A stretch of DNA of 39,350 nt, taken from the IMG/VR virus record IMGVR_UViG_3300010381_000001, positions 1 through 39,350 of that record; one strand, given 5' to 3'. Below are positions 9,395-18,664 of this stretch, one piece after another. The first letter of the stretch is position 1. Each line of letters begins with the position of its first letter. The stretch is from a virus. Lineage: Duplodnaviria; Caudoviricetes. The position numbers were made by a program, and so were the translations under genes. The notes under the pieces were generated by a model. The model was given only the letters and a program-made list of their open reading frames with translations. It was not told the DNA's origin and did no database searches.

Positions 9395-9618
9395 AAGAAA
9401 ACTGCAATTTATCATCCGCATTAAGGTGAGTCCAAAGGGCTGTGACACGGCCAGCCACATCTGACAAGCGCGACATTGCAGTATGCGGTTAACCCACGGA
9501 GCATAAGCCGGATGATACGGTGCTCCGTGAGGGGTTCTCAAAATTGAATAGCAAGAAAGGCTGCTTTATGCGGCTATTTTGGATTGGCGAAAGCCATTTC
9601 CGAGGTAGCCGCTTTTTT
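9395..9618 (+). ncRNA. Candidate structured RNA/leader with pseudoknot
   Basis: Stems 9401-9408/9475-9482 and 9495-9503/9521-9529; loop-loop complement 9410-9418/9509-9517; bounded by the promoter motif and a terminator-like hairpin. Confidence 0.5.
9570..9618 (+). terminator. Terminator/attenuator-like hairpin upstream of the scaffold gene
   Basis: GCGGCTA...TGGC-GAAA-GCCA...TAGCCGC followed by T6. Confidence 0.55.
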
Positions 9619-9688
9619 ATTGCAATTACCAGGCGACACCAGCCTGTTAGTTAATATAACGCCGAAACCAGGCGAAAGGACTGAAAGC

Positions 9689-10633
9689 ATGATTAAGCAC
9701 ATTAACCTTCAACTATTCGCAGAGGGTGACACCAACCCGGACGAAAAGAAGGAAACGAACCTTGACAACAAGCAGGAACCGGCAAAAGAAGGATTCTCCA
9801 TTCGTAAGGCGTTTGGATTGCTTGACAAGAAAGAACCCGAAAAGAAGGAACCTGCGAAAGCGCCGGAAACGAAACCGGCAGATAAACCGGATGAGAAGCC
9901 AGCGGAGAAACAGGATGAAGCCAAGGAGAAACCCGAAAAGCCCGCAGAGGAAGAGTATGACGTTCTCACAGTTCTTGGCAAAGAAAAGAAGGTTCCTGTC
10001 AGCGAACGCAAAATGTGGATGCAAAAGGGAATGGATTACGACTTCGTTAAGGGTGAAAAGGTTAAGGCAGAGGCAACACTGAAAAGGATTGCACAGGCGG
10101 AAGGGTTTGACACCGTTGACAAGTACCTCGCTGAACTTGACAAGCGGGAGAAAGCCAAACTTGCTGAACAGATTGAGGAAGCTGTTGGCGATCCTGACAA
10201 GATCAACGAGATCGTAGAGAATCATCCGGTAGTAAAACAGACCAAAGAGGAAAAACGGAAACTGGATTATGTTAACGCAAAAGTAAAGTTGGGCGAGGAC
10301 AGATTCTTCAAGGAACTGGAACCGGAACTTGACAGACTGATGGAAGCAAATCCAACCGCACAGCCTGATTTGGTTTACAAGATAATCCGCAGCGATTATC
10401 TGACACCTGAGAAAATAAGCGAATTCATCACAAAAGAAAAAGAATCAGCAGAGCGCAAGGCTATTGCTGATGCACACGACAAAGAACGGAGAAGTACACC
10501 GAAAGGCGGAGATTCAGGGGACAGCAAGGATGTTGTAACACCCTCCGGCTTCACAAGTAGGTTGTCTGAAATGTTCGGCGTTTCCGCTCAGAAAGTAGCA
10601 CAAAGATCGCACGAAAAAATGAAAAGGAGTTGA
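9689..10633 (+). CDS. Capsid scaffolding protein
   Basis: ATG after AAAGGA; MIKHINLQLFAEG leader; charged low-complexity N-terminus; lies between portal and capsid. Confidence 0.85.
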   Translation: MIKHINLQLFAEGDTNPDEKKETNLDNKQEPAKEGFSIRKAFGLLDKKEPEKKEPAKAPETKPADKPDEKPAEKQDEAKEKPEKPAEEEYDVLTVLGKEKKVPVSERKMWMQKGMDYDFVKGEKVKAEATLKRIAQAEGFDTVDKYLAELDKREKAKLAEQIEEAVGDPDKINEIVENHPVVKQTKEEKRKLDYVNAKVKLGEDRFFKELEPELDRLMEANPTAQPDLVYKIIRSDYLTPEKISEFITKEKESAERKAIADAHDKERRSTPKGGDSGDSKDVVTPSGFTSRLSEMFGVSAQKVAQRSHEKMKRS

Positions 10634-10639
10634 TTTTTA

Positions 10640-11305
10640 ATGTTTGAATGGGCTTATGACCTAAATGGTTCTAAAGTGCCAATAGTAAAACCGTTTTACA
10701 TCCCTACAGCTACAGCAATAGAACAGGGCGAAGTAGTCTTGTTCACTCCGGGAACCGGTATTGCGGTTGTAGCAGGAACAGACCTTGATGATCCTTCTAT
10801 TGGTGTAGCAATCAACGCACATGCTGCCAATAGTGGAACGGAGATTAAGGTTTCGGCCTCACCGACCGCAGTGTATGCGCACAAGTGCAACAACATTATA
10901 ACTGCCACAGGTGGAAGCACTACGACTTTTGTATGCGCTGGACTTTTGCCACAGACAGACAACCTCTGGATAGATGGATATCTGGAAGTAGTAACCTGCG
11001 CAGCAGATAGTTCGCTTGTTGGCAAGAGAATCAAGATTACTGATTCCACAGGGAACACCGGAACGTTGACCTTTGCAACGCAGGCAGCGGCATTTGCAGC
11101 AGGCGACACCGCTAAACTTTGCCCCGGACCTCTTGCAATCGGAACTTATGTTTGGAACCTCGACGGCGACGGAACAAACATCGACTGGGATGCTGTTGCA
11201 ACAGGTTCAGGTATAACACTGGTGGATGCTGACCCCGCGAATATGATTGCTTACTTTATTTTCAGACTGCACCAGTTCGGCAATTATCCAAAGACTCTGG
11301 ACTAA
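10640..11305 (+). CDS. Capsid decoration/cement-like protein
   Basis: 221 aa Gly/Ala/Thr-rich, between scaffold and capsid genes. Confidence 0.6.
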   Translation: MFEWAYDLNGSKVPIVKPFYIPTATAIEQGEVVLFTPGTGIAVVAGTDLDDPSIGVAINAHAANSGTEIKVSASPTAVYAHKCNNIITATGGSTTTFVCAGLLPQTDNLWIDGYLEVVTCAADSSLVGKRIKITDSTGNTGTLTFATQAAAFAAGDTAKLCPGPLAIGTYVWNLDGDGTNIDWDAVATGSGITLVDADPANMIAYFIFRLHQFGNYPKTLD

Positions 11306-11343
11306 TTTAGCCCACAAATTTAACTAAAAAGGAGTGAATTATA

Positions 11344-12240
11344 ATGCCAATTACGAGAGAACAGTGGATAGACCTTGAATCCGCAACATATGAGTTGTGG
11401 GATATGCTTGACAAAGAGAACAAGGATTTTAACGCCATGCTCTACAATGCCAAAAAATCCACAAAATCGCAGGAAAATCACCTTGGAATAGGTTCTATGG
11501 GGCAGATGGCTCCGTGGACAGGCACAGTATCATATTCCGACTTCAAGAAGGGATATGAGAAGGGCTATAGACACGCAAAATACAGTTCAGGCATTCAGGC
11601 AGAAGAGGAAATATTCCGCTTTGAGGAATATGGCGAGATTGAAAAGAGGACGCGCAAGCTTAATGAAGCAGTGTACAAGACATTGCAGGCTCACGGCGTT
11701 TCCACTTTCAACAACGCATTCGATGCTACATTCAAAGGGCCTGATGAGGTGGCTCTGTGTTCGGCAGCTCATCCGTATTCGCCGAGCGATGCAACGGTTC
11801 AGAGCAACATTGACACGCTTGACTTAACGCCGCCCAACCTGACAACCGTGTACAACAGAATGCTCAAATTTAAAGATGACAAAGGCGATCTGTCATTCAC
11901 AATGCCGAGCGTTCTCCTGACAGGAATTGAGTATCGTGCAGAAGCGTTGAAAATATGCGGGCCTCGGGCAGGTGAAAAAGAACCAGGGACAGCCGAAAAC
12001 GACGCAAACATCTTCAAAGGTGACCTGATACCCATATTCCACCCGCTTATCGATGGCAAGAAGTGGTTTCTCATCGATGGCAGAAGGATGAAAAATCGTC
12101 TGTATTGGTACAACGCACGTATCCCGAAGATTGAGACAGACGGTGACTTTGATACCGAAGTCCAGAAGTTCAAAGTTGTAGGCATGTGGAGTTACGGCTT
12201 TGATTCATGGGATTGGATTTACGGATGTAACGCAGCTTAA
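11344..12240 (+). CDS. Major capsid protein, Mu gpT-like
   Basis: 298 aa; FNNAF...GPDEVALCSAAHP, KDDKG...MPSVLL, KKWFL, YGFDSWDWIYG. Confidence 0.9.
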   Translation: MPITREQWIDLESATYELWDMLDKENKDFNAMLYNAKKSTKSQENHLGIGSMGQMAPWTGTVSYSDFKKGYEKGYRHAKYSSGIQAEEEIFRFEEYGEIEKRTRKLNEAVYKTLQAHGVSTFNNAFDATFKGPDEVALCSAAHPYSPSDATVQSNIDTLDLTPPNLTTVYNRMLKFKDDKGDLSFTMPSVLLTGIEYRAEALKICGPRAGEKEPGTAENDANIFKGDLIPIFHPLIDGKKWFLIDGRRMKNRLYWYNARIPKIETDGDFDTEVQKFKVVGMWSYGFDSWDWIYGCNAA

Positions 12241-12296
12241 CAAAAATTGATGGGGGAGCGTAAAATCCTCCCCTGCTCTTTGAAAGGAGTGTTGAT

Positions 12297-12935
12297 ATGA
12301 ATAGGTTTCCTCATGGTTTAGCGTTTGGTACGCATAAAACCGGCGCAAATTATATTTCAGTGGCAGGCACAAATGATCCCACTGCATTGCTTCATGGCGC
12401 AGGTTCAACGTCAGAACCCGTAACGACCGGAACAGCAGATAAAAACTTTCTCGGATATTTTGCTAAAACGACAGCTTCAAGTGGCGATTGCAGAGGCATG
12501 TATATGAGACTGTACCTTGGCGGTACAGGTGGATACGGTGACGCTGTAAGGGCCTATACAACTGTTTCAGGCACGGGGTATTCCTATGCTTCTGGTTTGC
12601 ATGGAACAATGAGCCTTGCGGTAGGCGGAACAATAACCGGCTCCGGCGCAGGCATCAGAGCGACACTTGAAGCCGCAAGCGCAACAAGAACGCTTCCGGG
12701 TAACATTGCGGCATTGCAAATCGACTCCAATATTGGTGCGAATAATACAGTTCCGGCAGATGCAGCTCTAATTCGCGTTGACAAAGCTGGCTCTGTCGAT
12801 GTTACAACCTTCCTGCATGTTGCAGACGACCAATGCTTGAAGGGTTCTGCGGCAACAGGAGCGGCCTCAGATGCATTAAAGGTTGTACTTCCTGGGGGAA
12901 CAGTGAGATACATAAGCCTTATAGCTGCATCGTAA
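12297..12935 (+). CDS. Putative virion structural protein (head fibre-like)
   Basis: 212 aa Gly/Ala/Thr-rich after capsid; C-terminal LKVVLPGGTVRYISL. Confidence 0.6.
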   Translation: MNRFPHGLAFGTHKTGANYISVAGTNDPTALLHGAGSTSEPVTTGTADKNFLGYFAKTTASSGDCRGMYMRLYLGGTGGYGDAVRAYTTVSGTGYSYASGLHGTMSLAVGGTITGSGAGIRATLEAASATRTLPGNIAALQIDSNIGANNTVPADAALIRVDKAGSVDVTTFLHVADDQCLKGSAATGAASDALKVVLPGGTVRYISLIAAS

Positions 12936-12948
12936 GGAGGACTTGAAT

Positions 12949-13092
12949 ATGATGGATTTTCGGAACTGCCTCATATGCGATAAAAGCCTTGATAAATCCG
13001 TGATAAAATGTAGTTGTGGGTATAGTTATCCGGTTGAAGTAAAGCAGGATGAACCGGAAGAAAAGCCAAAATCCGGGAAAAAGAAAGGCTGA
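12949..13092 (+). CDS. Small zinc-ribbon protein (not in ORF track)
   Basis: RBS AAGGAGG; MMDFRNCLICDKSLDKSVIKCSCGYSYP...KKKG, 47 aa. Confidence 0.7.
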   Translation: MMDFRNCLICDKSLDKSVIKCSCGYSYPVEVKQDEPEEKPKSGKKKG

Positions 13093-13096
13093 TATT

Positions 13097-13267
13097 ATGG
13101 AAGATTACATTAAAAAGCGGATTGCCGAACTTGAATTGCGTAAACAGCAAATGATAGAAACTGCAAATCAGGCTATGGCTGATGCGAGTGCGGCAGAAGG
13201 TGGAATATTTGAACTACAGTGTGTGCTCGAAGAAATGAGCAAAGATAAGACAGAGGCGGCGGAATAA
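13097..13267 (+). CDS. Small coiled-coil protein
   Basis: MEDYIKKRIAELELRKQQ...EGGIFEL; similar to 18864..19019. Confidence 0.7.
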   Translation: MEDYIKKRIAELELRKQQMIETANQAMADASAAEGGIFELQCVLEEMSKDKTEAAE

Positions 13268-13293
13268 ACTGCCTCTGTTCTCATGGAGGAATT

Positions 13294-13590
13294 ATGGATT
13301 ACAAAGGTTTTAGCATAAGCGACACGCAAAGCGCATTACTGTACGACATATTGCAAACACAGCAAGAGATCCTTGCAGAACTAAAGAAGCTGAACAACAA
13401 GCCTGTAAAAGCTGCTACAGTACCGCAGGATGAACCTGAAAGCACGGATGAAGAATTACCCATACCGGAAGTGGCACAGGTAGAAAAGCCTATCACGGAT
13501 GTTCAGAACGAGGTTAAAAAGTCAACAAGGAAACCGGCAAAAAGGAGACAGACAAAGAAGAAATCTCAGTCTAAAAAGGCTACAAAATAA
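13294..13590 (+). CDS. Hypothetical protein with basic tail
   Basis: RBS GGAGGA; 98 aa. Confidence 0.7.
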   Translation: MDYKGFSISDTQSALLYDILQTQQEILAELKKLNNKPVKAATVPQDEPESTDEELPIPEVAQVEKPITDVQNEVKKSTRKPAKRRQTKKKSQSKKATK

Positions 13591-13607
13591 AGGATGGTGA
13601 CTATCCG

Positions 13608-13949
13608 ATGATGAACGATGTATTAGATCATATTTTTCACGACGCAGCAGCAGCAACCGGCAATGGCAAGTTTCTTGAAGTGGGATACTTTAAGACGTTG
13701 ACCGTTGAAACATTCAGCTCCGCCGCCAACTCTGCAAGAACTATTACGTTTTATAGTAAAGGCCCTAGCGGAGTTTTAAAAGCCCTTGCAGGTGTAAGAG
13801 TAAGCGCTGCGCCATTTGTTACAGCAGTAAACACAACCGGCACGGATGAAACATGGCAGTTTGATATAACTGGATTGCATAAGGTTTACATGGACTTGAC
13901 CGCAATCACAGACGGTACAGTGAGCGTTCATGGACGGGCGGTGAGCTAA
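13608..13949 (+). CDS. Putative virion structural protein
   Basis: 113 aa, beta-rich, in the structural operon. Confidence 0.65.
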   Translation: MMNDVLDHIFHDAAAATGNGKFLEVGYFKTLTVETFSSAANSARTITFYSKGPSGVLKALAGVRVSAAPFVTAVNTTGTDETWQFDITGLHKVYMDLTAITDGTVSVHGRAVS

Positions 13950-13950
13950 T

Positions 13951-14571
13951 ATGAGTGATATTATAGCAAGAGGCATGGCAGGAGATAATAGCACAACCTT
14001 GGCAGCTATTGCGCAGTACTTTGGTGTAAAAGCACTTGTGCAGTTTAAGGAAAAAAGCTTTACGGCTACCGAAGGTCAAACAGTTTTTGATATATCTGAT
14101 ACAGGCTCATATATAGTCGGTGCAAAAGCTATAGAGGTATGGGTAGGTAGTGTATACCAAAGACGTACAGTTGGTTATAATGAAACATCTTCAACGGTAT
14201 TCACTCTTACTTCTGGAGCAAGCGCTGGAACAATTGTTTTTGCAAGATGGTGCGAACCTGCTTGGAGTGCAAATAATTTTGTAGCTGTATCAGGAAACAA
14301 GACTCTTGCCCTAACAGATGCTGAGACTACTCAAAATGTTACCGCCGCGTCCATAATAACAGTTCCACTTAATGCTACAGTAGCCTTTCCTATAGGTACA
14401 GAAATTGTGATTAAGTCAAAAACGGCAAATGAAGTTTCGATTGCAGCCGTAAGTGTGGGTGTCACAATTAATTACAAAACGGGCTTAAAAATCAACGGTC
14501 AACATGCAGCTGCTACTCTCAAAAAAGAGGGAACAGACGAATGGTGGCTTGTTGGTGATCTGAAAGCGTAG
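13951..14571 (+). CDS. Putative fibre/adaptor protein
   Basis: FTATEGQTVF module plus C-terminal ITVPLNATVAFPIGTEI...WWLVGDL module seen in phage fibre proteins. Confidence 0.65.
   Translation: MSDIIARGMAGDNSTTLAAIAQYFGVKALVQFKEKSFTATEGQTVFDISDTGSYIVGAKAIEVWVGSVYQRRTVGYNETSSTVFTLTSGASAGTIVFARWCEPAWSANNFVAVSGNKTLALTDAETTQNVTAASIITVPLNATVAFPIGTEIVIKSKTANEVSIAAVSVGVTINYKTGLKINGQHAAATLKKEGTDEWWLVGDLKA
13990..14017. repeat. dif-like junction site A (in frame, TTLAAIAQ)
   Basis: AGCACAACCTT-GGCAGC-TATTGCGCAGT; 14006-14018 is a perfect 13-bp inverted repeat of 18664-18676. Confidence 0.55.
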
Positions 14572-14579
14572 GTGATGAT

Positions 14580-15119
14580 ATGTTCGCATTAAGTAAATTT
14601 GGGGCAATGTCGAGGCAACCAGAAGTTTTAATTCAATATACAAACCTTTTACTAAATAGTAATTTTGCAACAGATAGTGAAAGTGATGGAGTAGCCGATA
14701 ATTGGACTAATGGAGGCTCTCTTTTAAACTTATCGGTATCGGATAATACACAATTTTTCACAGGCGCAGGAAGTCCGGCAGGAGCCACTGGTTTTTGGTT
14801 TTCGCAAGCCAACGCATTTCTTAATGTAGGTAATAAATATTTTATAAGATTATCAGCAAAACGCTTAAATTCTGCTGTTGATAATAAATTATATATTGGC
14901 AATGGATGGGTTGTTAATTTGGGAGTTGTGATAGCTACTGAATTCATAGATTATGGCGTGATAATAACCCTAGGTTCTGCAAACCAGCCTGTTGTGTTTG
15001 GATCAGATAATGGTTTGCAGATAGCAATTAAACAAGCGTTGGTAGTTGACTTAACAACATCAGGATATGCTGTTAACGACTTGGCATGGTGCATGGCCAA
15101 TTTGCCTTATAAAGCTTAG
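14580..15119 (+). CDS. Carbohydrate-binding-module-like protein
   Basis: TNLLLNSNF...DGVADNW start and VVDLT end typical of CBM4/9-like phage domains. Confidence 0.55.
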   Translation: MFALSKFGAMSRQPEVLIQYTNLLLNSNFATDSESDGVADNWTNGGSLLNLSVSDNTQFFTGAGSPAGATGFWFSQANAFLNVGNKYFIRLSAKRLNSAVDNKLYIGNGWVVNLGVVIATEFIDYGVIITLGSANQPVVFGSDNGLQIAIKQALVVDLTTSGYAVNDLAWCMANLPYKA

Positions 15120-15138
15120 TTTGAAAGTTGGTGGATAT

Positions 15139-16761
15139 ATGGATGTAATAGATAATTCTTTAATAGAAAATTGGGGTGTACAGTTTTTAAACGTTAAAGA
15201 TTTCGGTGCAATAGGAGACGGCAGTAGCCATCAGCTAAGTACAAAATTTGAAACGTTAGCAGCAGCACAAGCGGTTTACCCGCAAGTTGAAGCTTTAACT
15301 GACGAAATAGACTGGGCAGCTATACAATATTTACAAAGTCTTTGTGTTACAACTCACAGAACTACCTATATGCCCGCTGGAACATATGTTGTGAATAAAC
15401 CTATACATATGTCAGGATGGTGTAATCTTTTTGGTGAAGGACAGTATTGTACTGTAATCAAAAATATCGGAGCAGGCACGGCGGGAGTACGTGTAACTGG
15501 TGATAGATCATGCTTAAGGGATTTTCAAGTTCTTGGCAATGCTACAGGTGAATATGGTGTGAATAGTACTACGGGAGATGGAATTTTACTTGATGGAACA
15601 AATTCTGGATGCAGTTATGTTTTTGTTGATCACGTGTATTGCTTTAGAAACGGTGGAAATGGTATTCGTTTCTACGGCGGCAATTGGATTCATAGCCTAA
15701 AGAGATGCACATTCAATGAAAATCTTTTGGCTGGCATAAAAATAGATAGGACAGACGGGTATGCGATAAGTACTGGGCAAAAAAACATGATAGATATTAA
15801 TACTTGTACTGTTGGCAAGAACGGTAAAAATGGTATGCTTATTGCTGCGCTAAACATTAATGTAACAGGATGTACTATTGAAAACAATCTTGACAAAGGA
15901 ATATCATTAGATAGTCATGATTTGGATTTGTGGAACGGTAGCGCATTAACTGAAAGTGCTGAAGTCACAGCAATAAATATTATTGGAAATTATTTTGAAG
16001 GTGGTAAGCAAGGCTGCATATACATGCGCGGCGGTAGTTATACTGGAAGTAAGCATATGACTTTTAATGGAATAAAAATTGAGGGTAATTATACATATTC
16101 TTGGGTTTCTAGCATGGACGTAGGATACGATACAATTATTTATGGGACAATGGAAAACAGCGGTACAATTGTGAATTTAAAATGTGTAGATAATGCTATC
16201 CCGACTTATACTTTAGTAGGAGGTTATGCACTTAATTTTACAGATTGTCTGGACAATACATCAGAAGTGTCATATAGTGATTTAACGTTAGCTACTTATT
16301 GTATTGGATTAGAAAAAGCGTACAATCAGCAAAGGGTGAATGGTTTAACTTTACACGGTAGTGTCTTTGCAAAAGGCATTACATATACAGATTTAGACAA
16401 GTCTGACAATATTACAAATAGCGTTACTGTAAGATTTCCCATACCATTAGCCGCAGGCAATAAATTAAAAATGGCTACTGTACCTATTTTTACAGATAGC
16501 ACTAATTATACAGTAGAAATGAACATAAAAGCTCGAACCAAAGGGGTTACAGACTCATACATAAGTACTACAGCAACTTTTGGTAGCCTTTATCTAACTG
16601 AACAATCTGGTTCGATAGTTATGAGCGGGCTTGGTAATTCAAATGGAGGTACAAGAATACCAATAACATATTGTGATATGTATTTAGAGATTTCAATATC
16701 TATTACTACGCTGGGAACTTATTTTAATTTAGGTAATCCGACTATTGAGTATTATATTTAA
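15139..16761 (+). CDS. Right-handed beta-helix (pectate-lyase-3-like) tailspike/depolymerase
   Basis: LNVKDFGAIGDG, DWAAIQ, YMPAGTYVV, LFGEG, then repeated N-x-x-x-GI beta-helix rungs. Confidence 0.85.
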   Translation: MDVIDNSLIENWGVQFLNVKDFGAIGDGSSHQLSTKFETLAAAQAVYPQVEALTDEIDWAAIQYLQSLCVTTHRTTYMPAGTYVVNKPIHMSGWCNLFGEGQYCTVIKNIGAGTAGVRVTGDRSCLRDFQVLGNATGEYGVNSTTGDGILLDGTNSGCSYVFVDHVYCFRNGGNGIRFYGGNWIHSLKRCTFNENLLAGIKIDRTDGYAISTGQKNMIDINTCTVGKNGKNGMLIAALNINVTGCTIENNLDKGISLDSHDLDLWNGSALTESAEVTAINIIGNYFEGGKQGCIYMRGGSYTGSKHMTFNGIKIEGNYTYSWVSSMDVGYDTIIYGTMENSGTIVNLKCVDNAIPTYTLVGGYALNFTDCLDNTSEVSYSDLTLATYCIGLEKAYNQQRVNGLTLHGSVFAKGITYTDLDKSDNITNSVTVRFPIPLAAGNKLKMATVPIFTDSTNYTVEMNIKARTKGVTDSYISTTATFGSLYLTEQSGSIVMSGLGNSNGGTRIPITYCDMYLEISISITTLGTYFNLGNPTIEYYI

Positions 16762-16768
16762 TATTTTA

Positions 16769-16797
16769 TTGACATTCTTGGTATTAAGCTGTAACAT
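16769..16797 (+). promoter_or_regulatory. sigmaA-type promoter of the glycosyltransferase moron
   Basis: TTGACA-17-TAACAT. Confidence 0.6.
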
Positions 16798-16829
16798 TTT
16801 TCTATCAGATGTTAAAAGGTGGGAAGTGT

Positions 16830-17789
16830 ATGAAACATGCAATACTAATAATGGCCCATAAAAATGTACAGCAAATATCCAGACTCGTTAAGTCAGTTGC
16901 TACACCTGACATGGATGTTTTTATACATCTGGATTTAAAAATGCCTGTTACGGATACGGATTTGAAATTGATAAAAGGTAATAATTTAAATGTATATTTT
17001 ACTGAACATAGGATTAGTGGAGAATTGGATAAATGGAGTTTGCCGCAAATTGTTTTGAATCTCATCAATAAGGCATACGATATTGAAAAAGAGGAAAATA
17101 TAGAATACAAATATTTCATCTTGTTAAGCGGTCAGGATTACCCCATAAGGAATATCAATGAAATATACAATTTTTTATGTGAATCTTATCCAAAACCTTT
17201 TATTGATTGCAATCCATACGCAGAAAATACTTGGCTCAGTAGTAAATTTTTAGAATATAAATATTTGCATAAAATTGAAAAGTTGCACGAAACCTATAAG
17301 TCTGGCTTCATAAGAAAATGTTTGGTTTTACCGATTGTTGTAGGAGATAAAATATCAAAAATGCTTAAAACATCACCTTATAAGAGACTAACCAAGCTTG
17401 GATGTAAGCTTTATGGTGGTTCTACTTGGTGGATACTCCCGAGGCCAGCAATAGAATATATATTCAAACAAGTAAATTTAAATACGAAAATAGTAAAAGA
17501 GTTGAAAAAAACTTGGACACCAGATGAGACATTTTTTCAAATAATGACTATGGCGTCTCCGCTTTGCGATATGGTTGATATTAACCCGATAAATAGTGGG
17601 AAACAAAATTGTTTGACATATGCAAATTTTACCACGCCAAAGAAAGGATTTACAGGTCATCCACATGCATTATTAAAAGAAGATTATGAGCGTTTAATGG
17701 AAAATTCTAAAACATATTTGTTTGCAAGAAAATTTGATAGTGATGTTGACAGTGGAATATTGGACTTAATAGATAAAAAAATATCATAA
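16830..17789 (+). CDS. Core-2/I-branching (GT14-like) beta-1,6-N-acetylglucosaminyltransferase family protein
   Basis: AILIMAHKN, FIHLD, LLSGQDYPI, YGGSTWW, PDETFFQ, LFARKFD. Confidence 0.92.
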   Translation: MKHAILIMAHKNVQQISRLVKSVATPDMDVFIHLDLKMPVTDTDLKLIKGNNLNVYFTEHRISGELDKWSLPQIVLNLINKAYDIEKEENIEYKYFILLSGQDYPIRNINEIYNFLCESYPKPFIDCNPYAENTWLSSKFLEYKYLHKIEKLHETYKSGFIRKCLVLPIVVGDKISKMLKTSPYKRLTKLGCKLYGGSTWWILPRPAIEYIFKQVNLNTKIVKELKKTWTPDETFFQIMTMASPLCDMVDINPINSGKQNCLTYANFTTPKKGFTGHPHALLKEDYERLMENSKTYLFARKFDSDVDSGILDLIDKKIS

Positions 17790-17795
17790 ACAGTT

Positions 17796-17842
17796 ACCGC
17801 GCAATAGGTAACTAATGCGTGATTATGCGTGTTTATGCGCAT
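17796..17842. repeat. dif-like junction site B plus two extra tandem right arms
   Basis: ACCGCGCAATA-GGTAAC-TAATGCGTGAT; 10-bp period TAATGCGTGA/TTATGCGTGT/TTATGCGCAT. Confidence 0.6.
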
Positions 17843-17890
17843 GAATAATGAAGCTAAATTGTACAACAATAATAATGGGAGTTGATAATA

Positions 17891-18175
17891 ATGAAAGAGT
17901 ATTCTCCGCCTTTAGATAAGGGCATTGAAAAAGAAGTAAACATATTAAACGATAACGGTATAGAGACTTTTGAATCCTGCGAAGGTGGGGCGGGTCATTG
18001 TTACCCCGAACCCACTATAAGGTTTCACGGAGATAAATCAGAAGGATTTAAGGCGCTTGATATTGCATTGAAGCACAATCTAAATGTCAATGCAATCAGG
18101 AGAATATGGACTGTTATTGACAAGGAACCTATAGGAGCTTGGTGGGAAATGACGTTCTTCACTTCCCACCAATGA
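17891..18175 (+). CDS. Hypothetical protein with TYW3-like N-terminal motif
   Basis: LDKGI-xxx-V-xx-LN-xx-GI-x-T-xx-SCEG. Confidence 0.6.
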   Translation: MKEYSPPLDKGIEKEVNILNDNGIETFESCEGGAGHCYPEPTIRFHGDKSEGFKALDIALKHNLNVNAIRRIWTVIDKEPIGAWWEMTFFTSHQ

Positions 18176-18179
18176 AACA

Positions 18180-18341
18180 TTACTTACCTGCTTTGTCGAG
18201 TTTTTCACACTCTTCACAAAGAGGTTTTCCACCGGTACCTTGACGCAAATTTTCCCTTTCGATGTTGTTTCCAGTGTTGCAATTTGTGTTGTCATGGTGG
18301 ACATTTGATTTGATGGAATGCCACGGCGATTTTCTAGGCAT
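18180..18341 (-). CDS. Small His/Cys putative metal-binding protein (not in ORF track)
   Basis: RBS AGGAGGT; MPRKSPWHSIKSNVHHDNTNCNTGNNIERENLRQGTGGKPLCEECEKLDKAGK, 53 aa. Confidence 0.75.
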   Translation of the reverse strand: MPRKSPWHSIKSNVHHDNTNCNTGNNIERENLRQGTGGKPLCEECEKLDKAGK

Positions 18342-18471
18342 AATCGTGTACCTCCTTCCTACTAATATTTGGGTAATACAACATTATGATATCATAGTAA
18401 AAATTGGTATGCAACAAATAATGGCGACAAATGTCACATTATGGTATATAATCACTTGTGGGGGTGGTTAT

Positions 18472-18651
18472 ATGGCAAGACAAGCTTGTAATGTCACTCT
18501 GGAGCCTGGCGTGTTGGATGAATTCTGCAAATACGCTGGCCCAAAAGGGATACGCATTTCCGCTTGGGTGAACGCCAAAATAAAAGAGTTCATTGAAGAG
18601 GAAAAACAGGCAGAAGCCGCTAAACAGGCCGCCAAGAAAGGACGTTCGTGA
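18472..18651 (+). CDS. Ribbon-helix-helix-like DNA-binding protein
   Basis: ATG after GGGGGTGG; NVTLEPGVLDEF...ISAWVNAKIKEFIEE. Confidence 0.7.
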   Translation: MARQACNVTLEPGVLDEFCKYAGPKGIRISAWVNAKIKEFIEEEKQAEAAKQAAKKGRS

Positions 18652-18664
18652 GAGCGTCCTTTTT
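18637..18664 (+). terminator. Intrinsic terminator
   Basis: AAAGGACGTTC-GTGA-GAGCGTCCTTTTT. Confidence 0.75.

Noticed and set aside
9395-9540. Known self-cleaving ribozyme (hammerhead, twister, pistol)
   Set aside because: Conserved catalytic cores such as CUGANGA...GAAA were not found in the required arrangement
9584-9688. TTG-start extension of the scaffold ORF
   Set aside because: Lies in a hairpin with no RBS; ATG 9689 has an RBS and gives the NLQLFA leader
18262-18471. N-terminal extension of the RHH ORF
   Set aside because: Overlaps a better-supported minus-strand gene and the divergent intergenic region; the RBS is at ATG 18472
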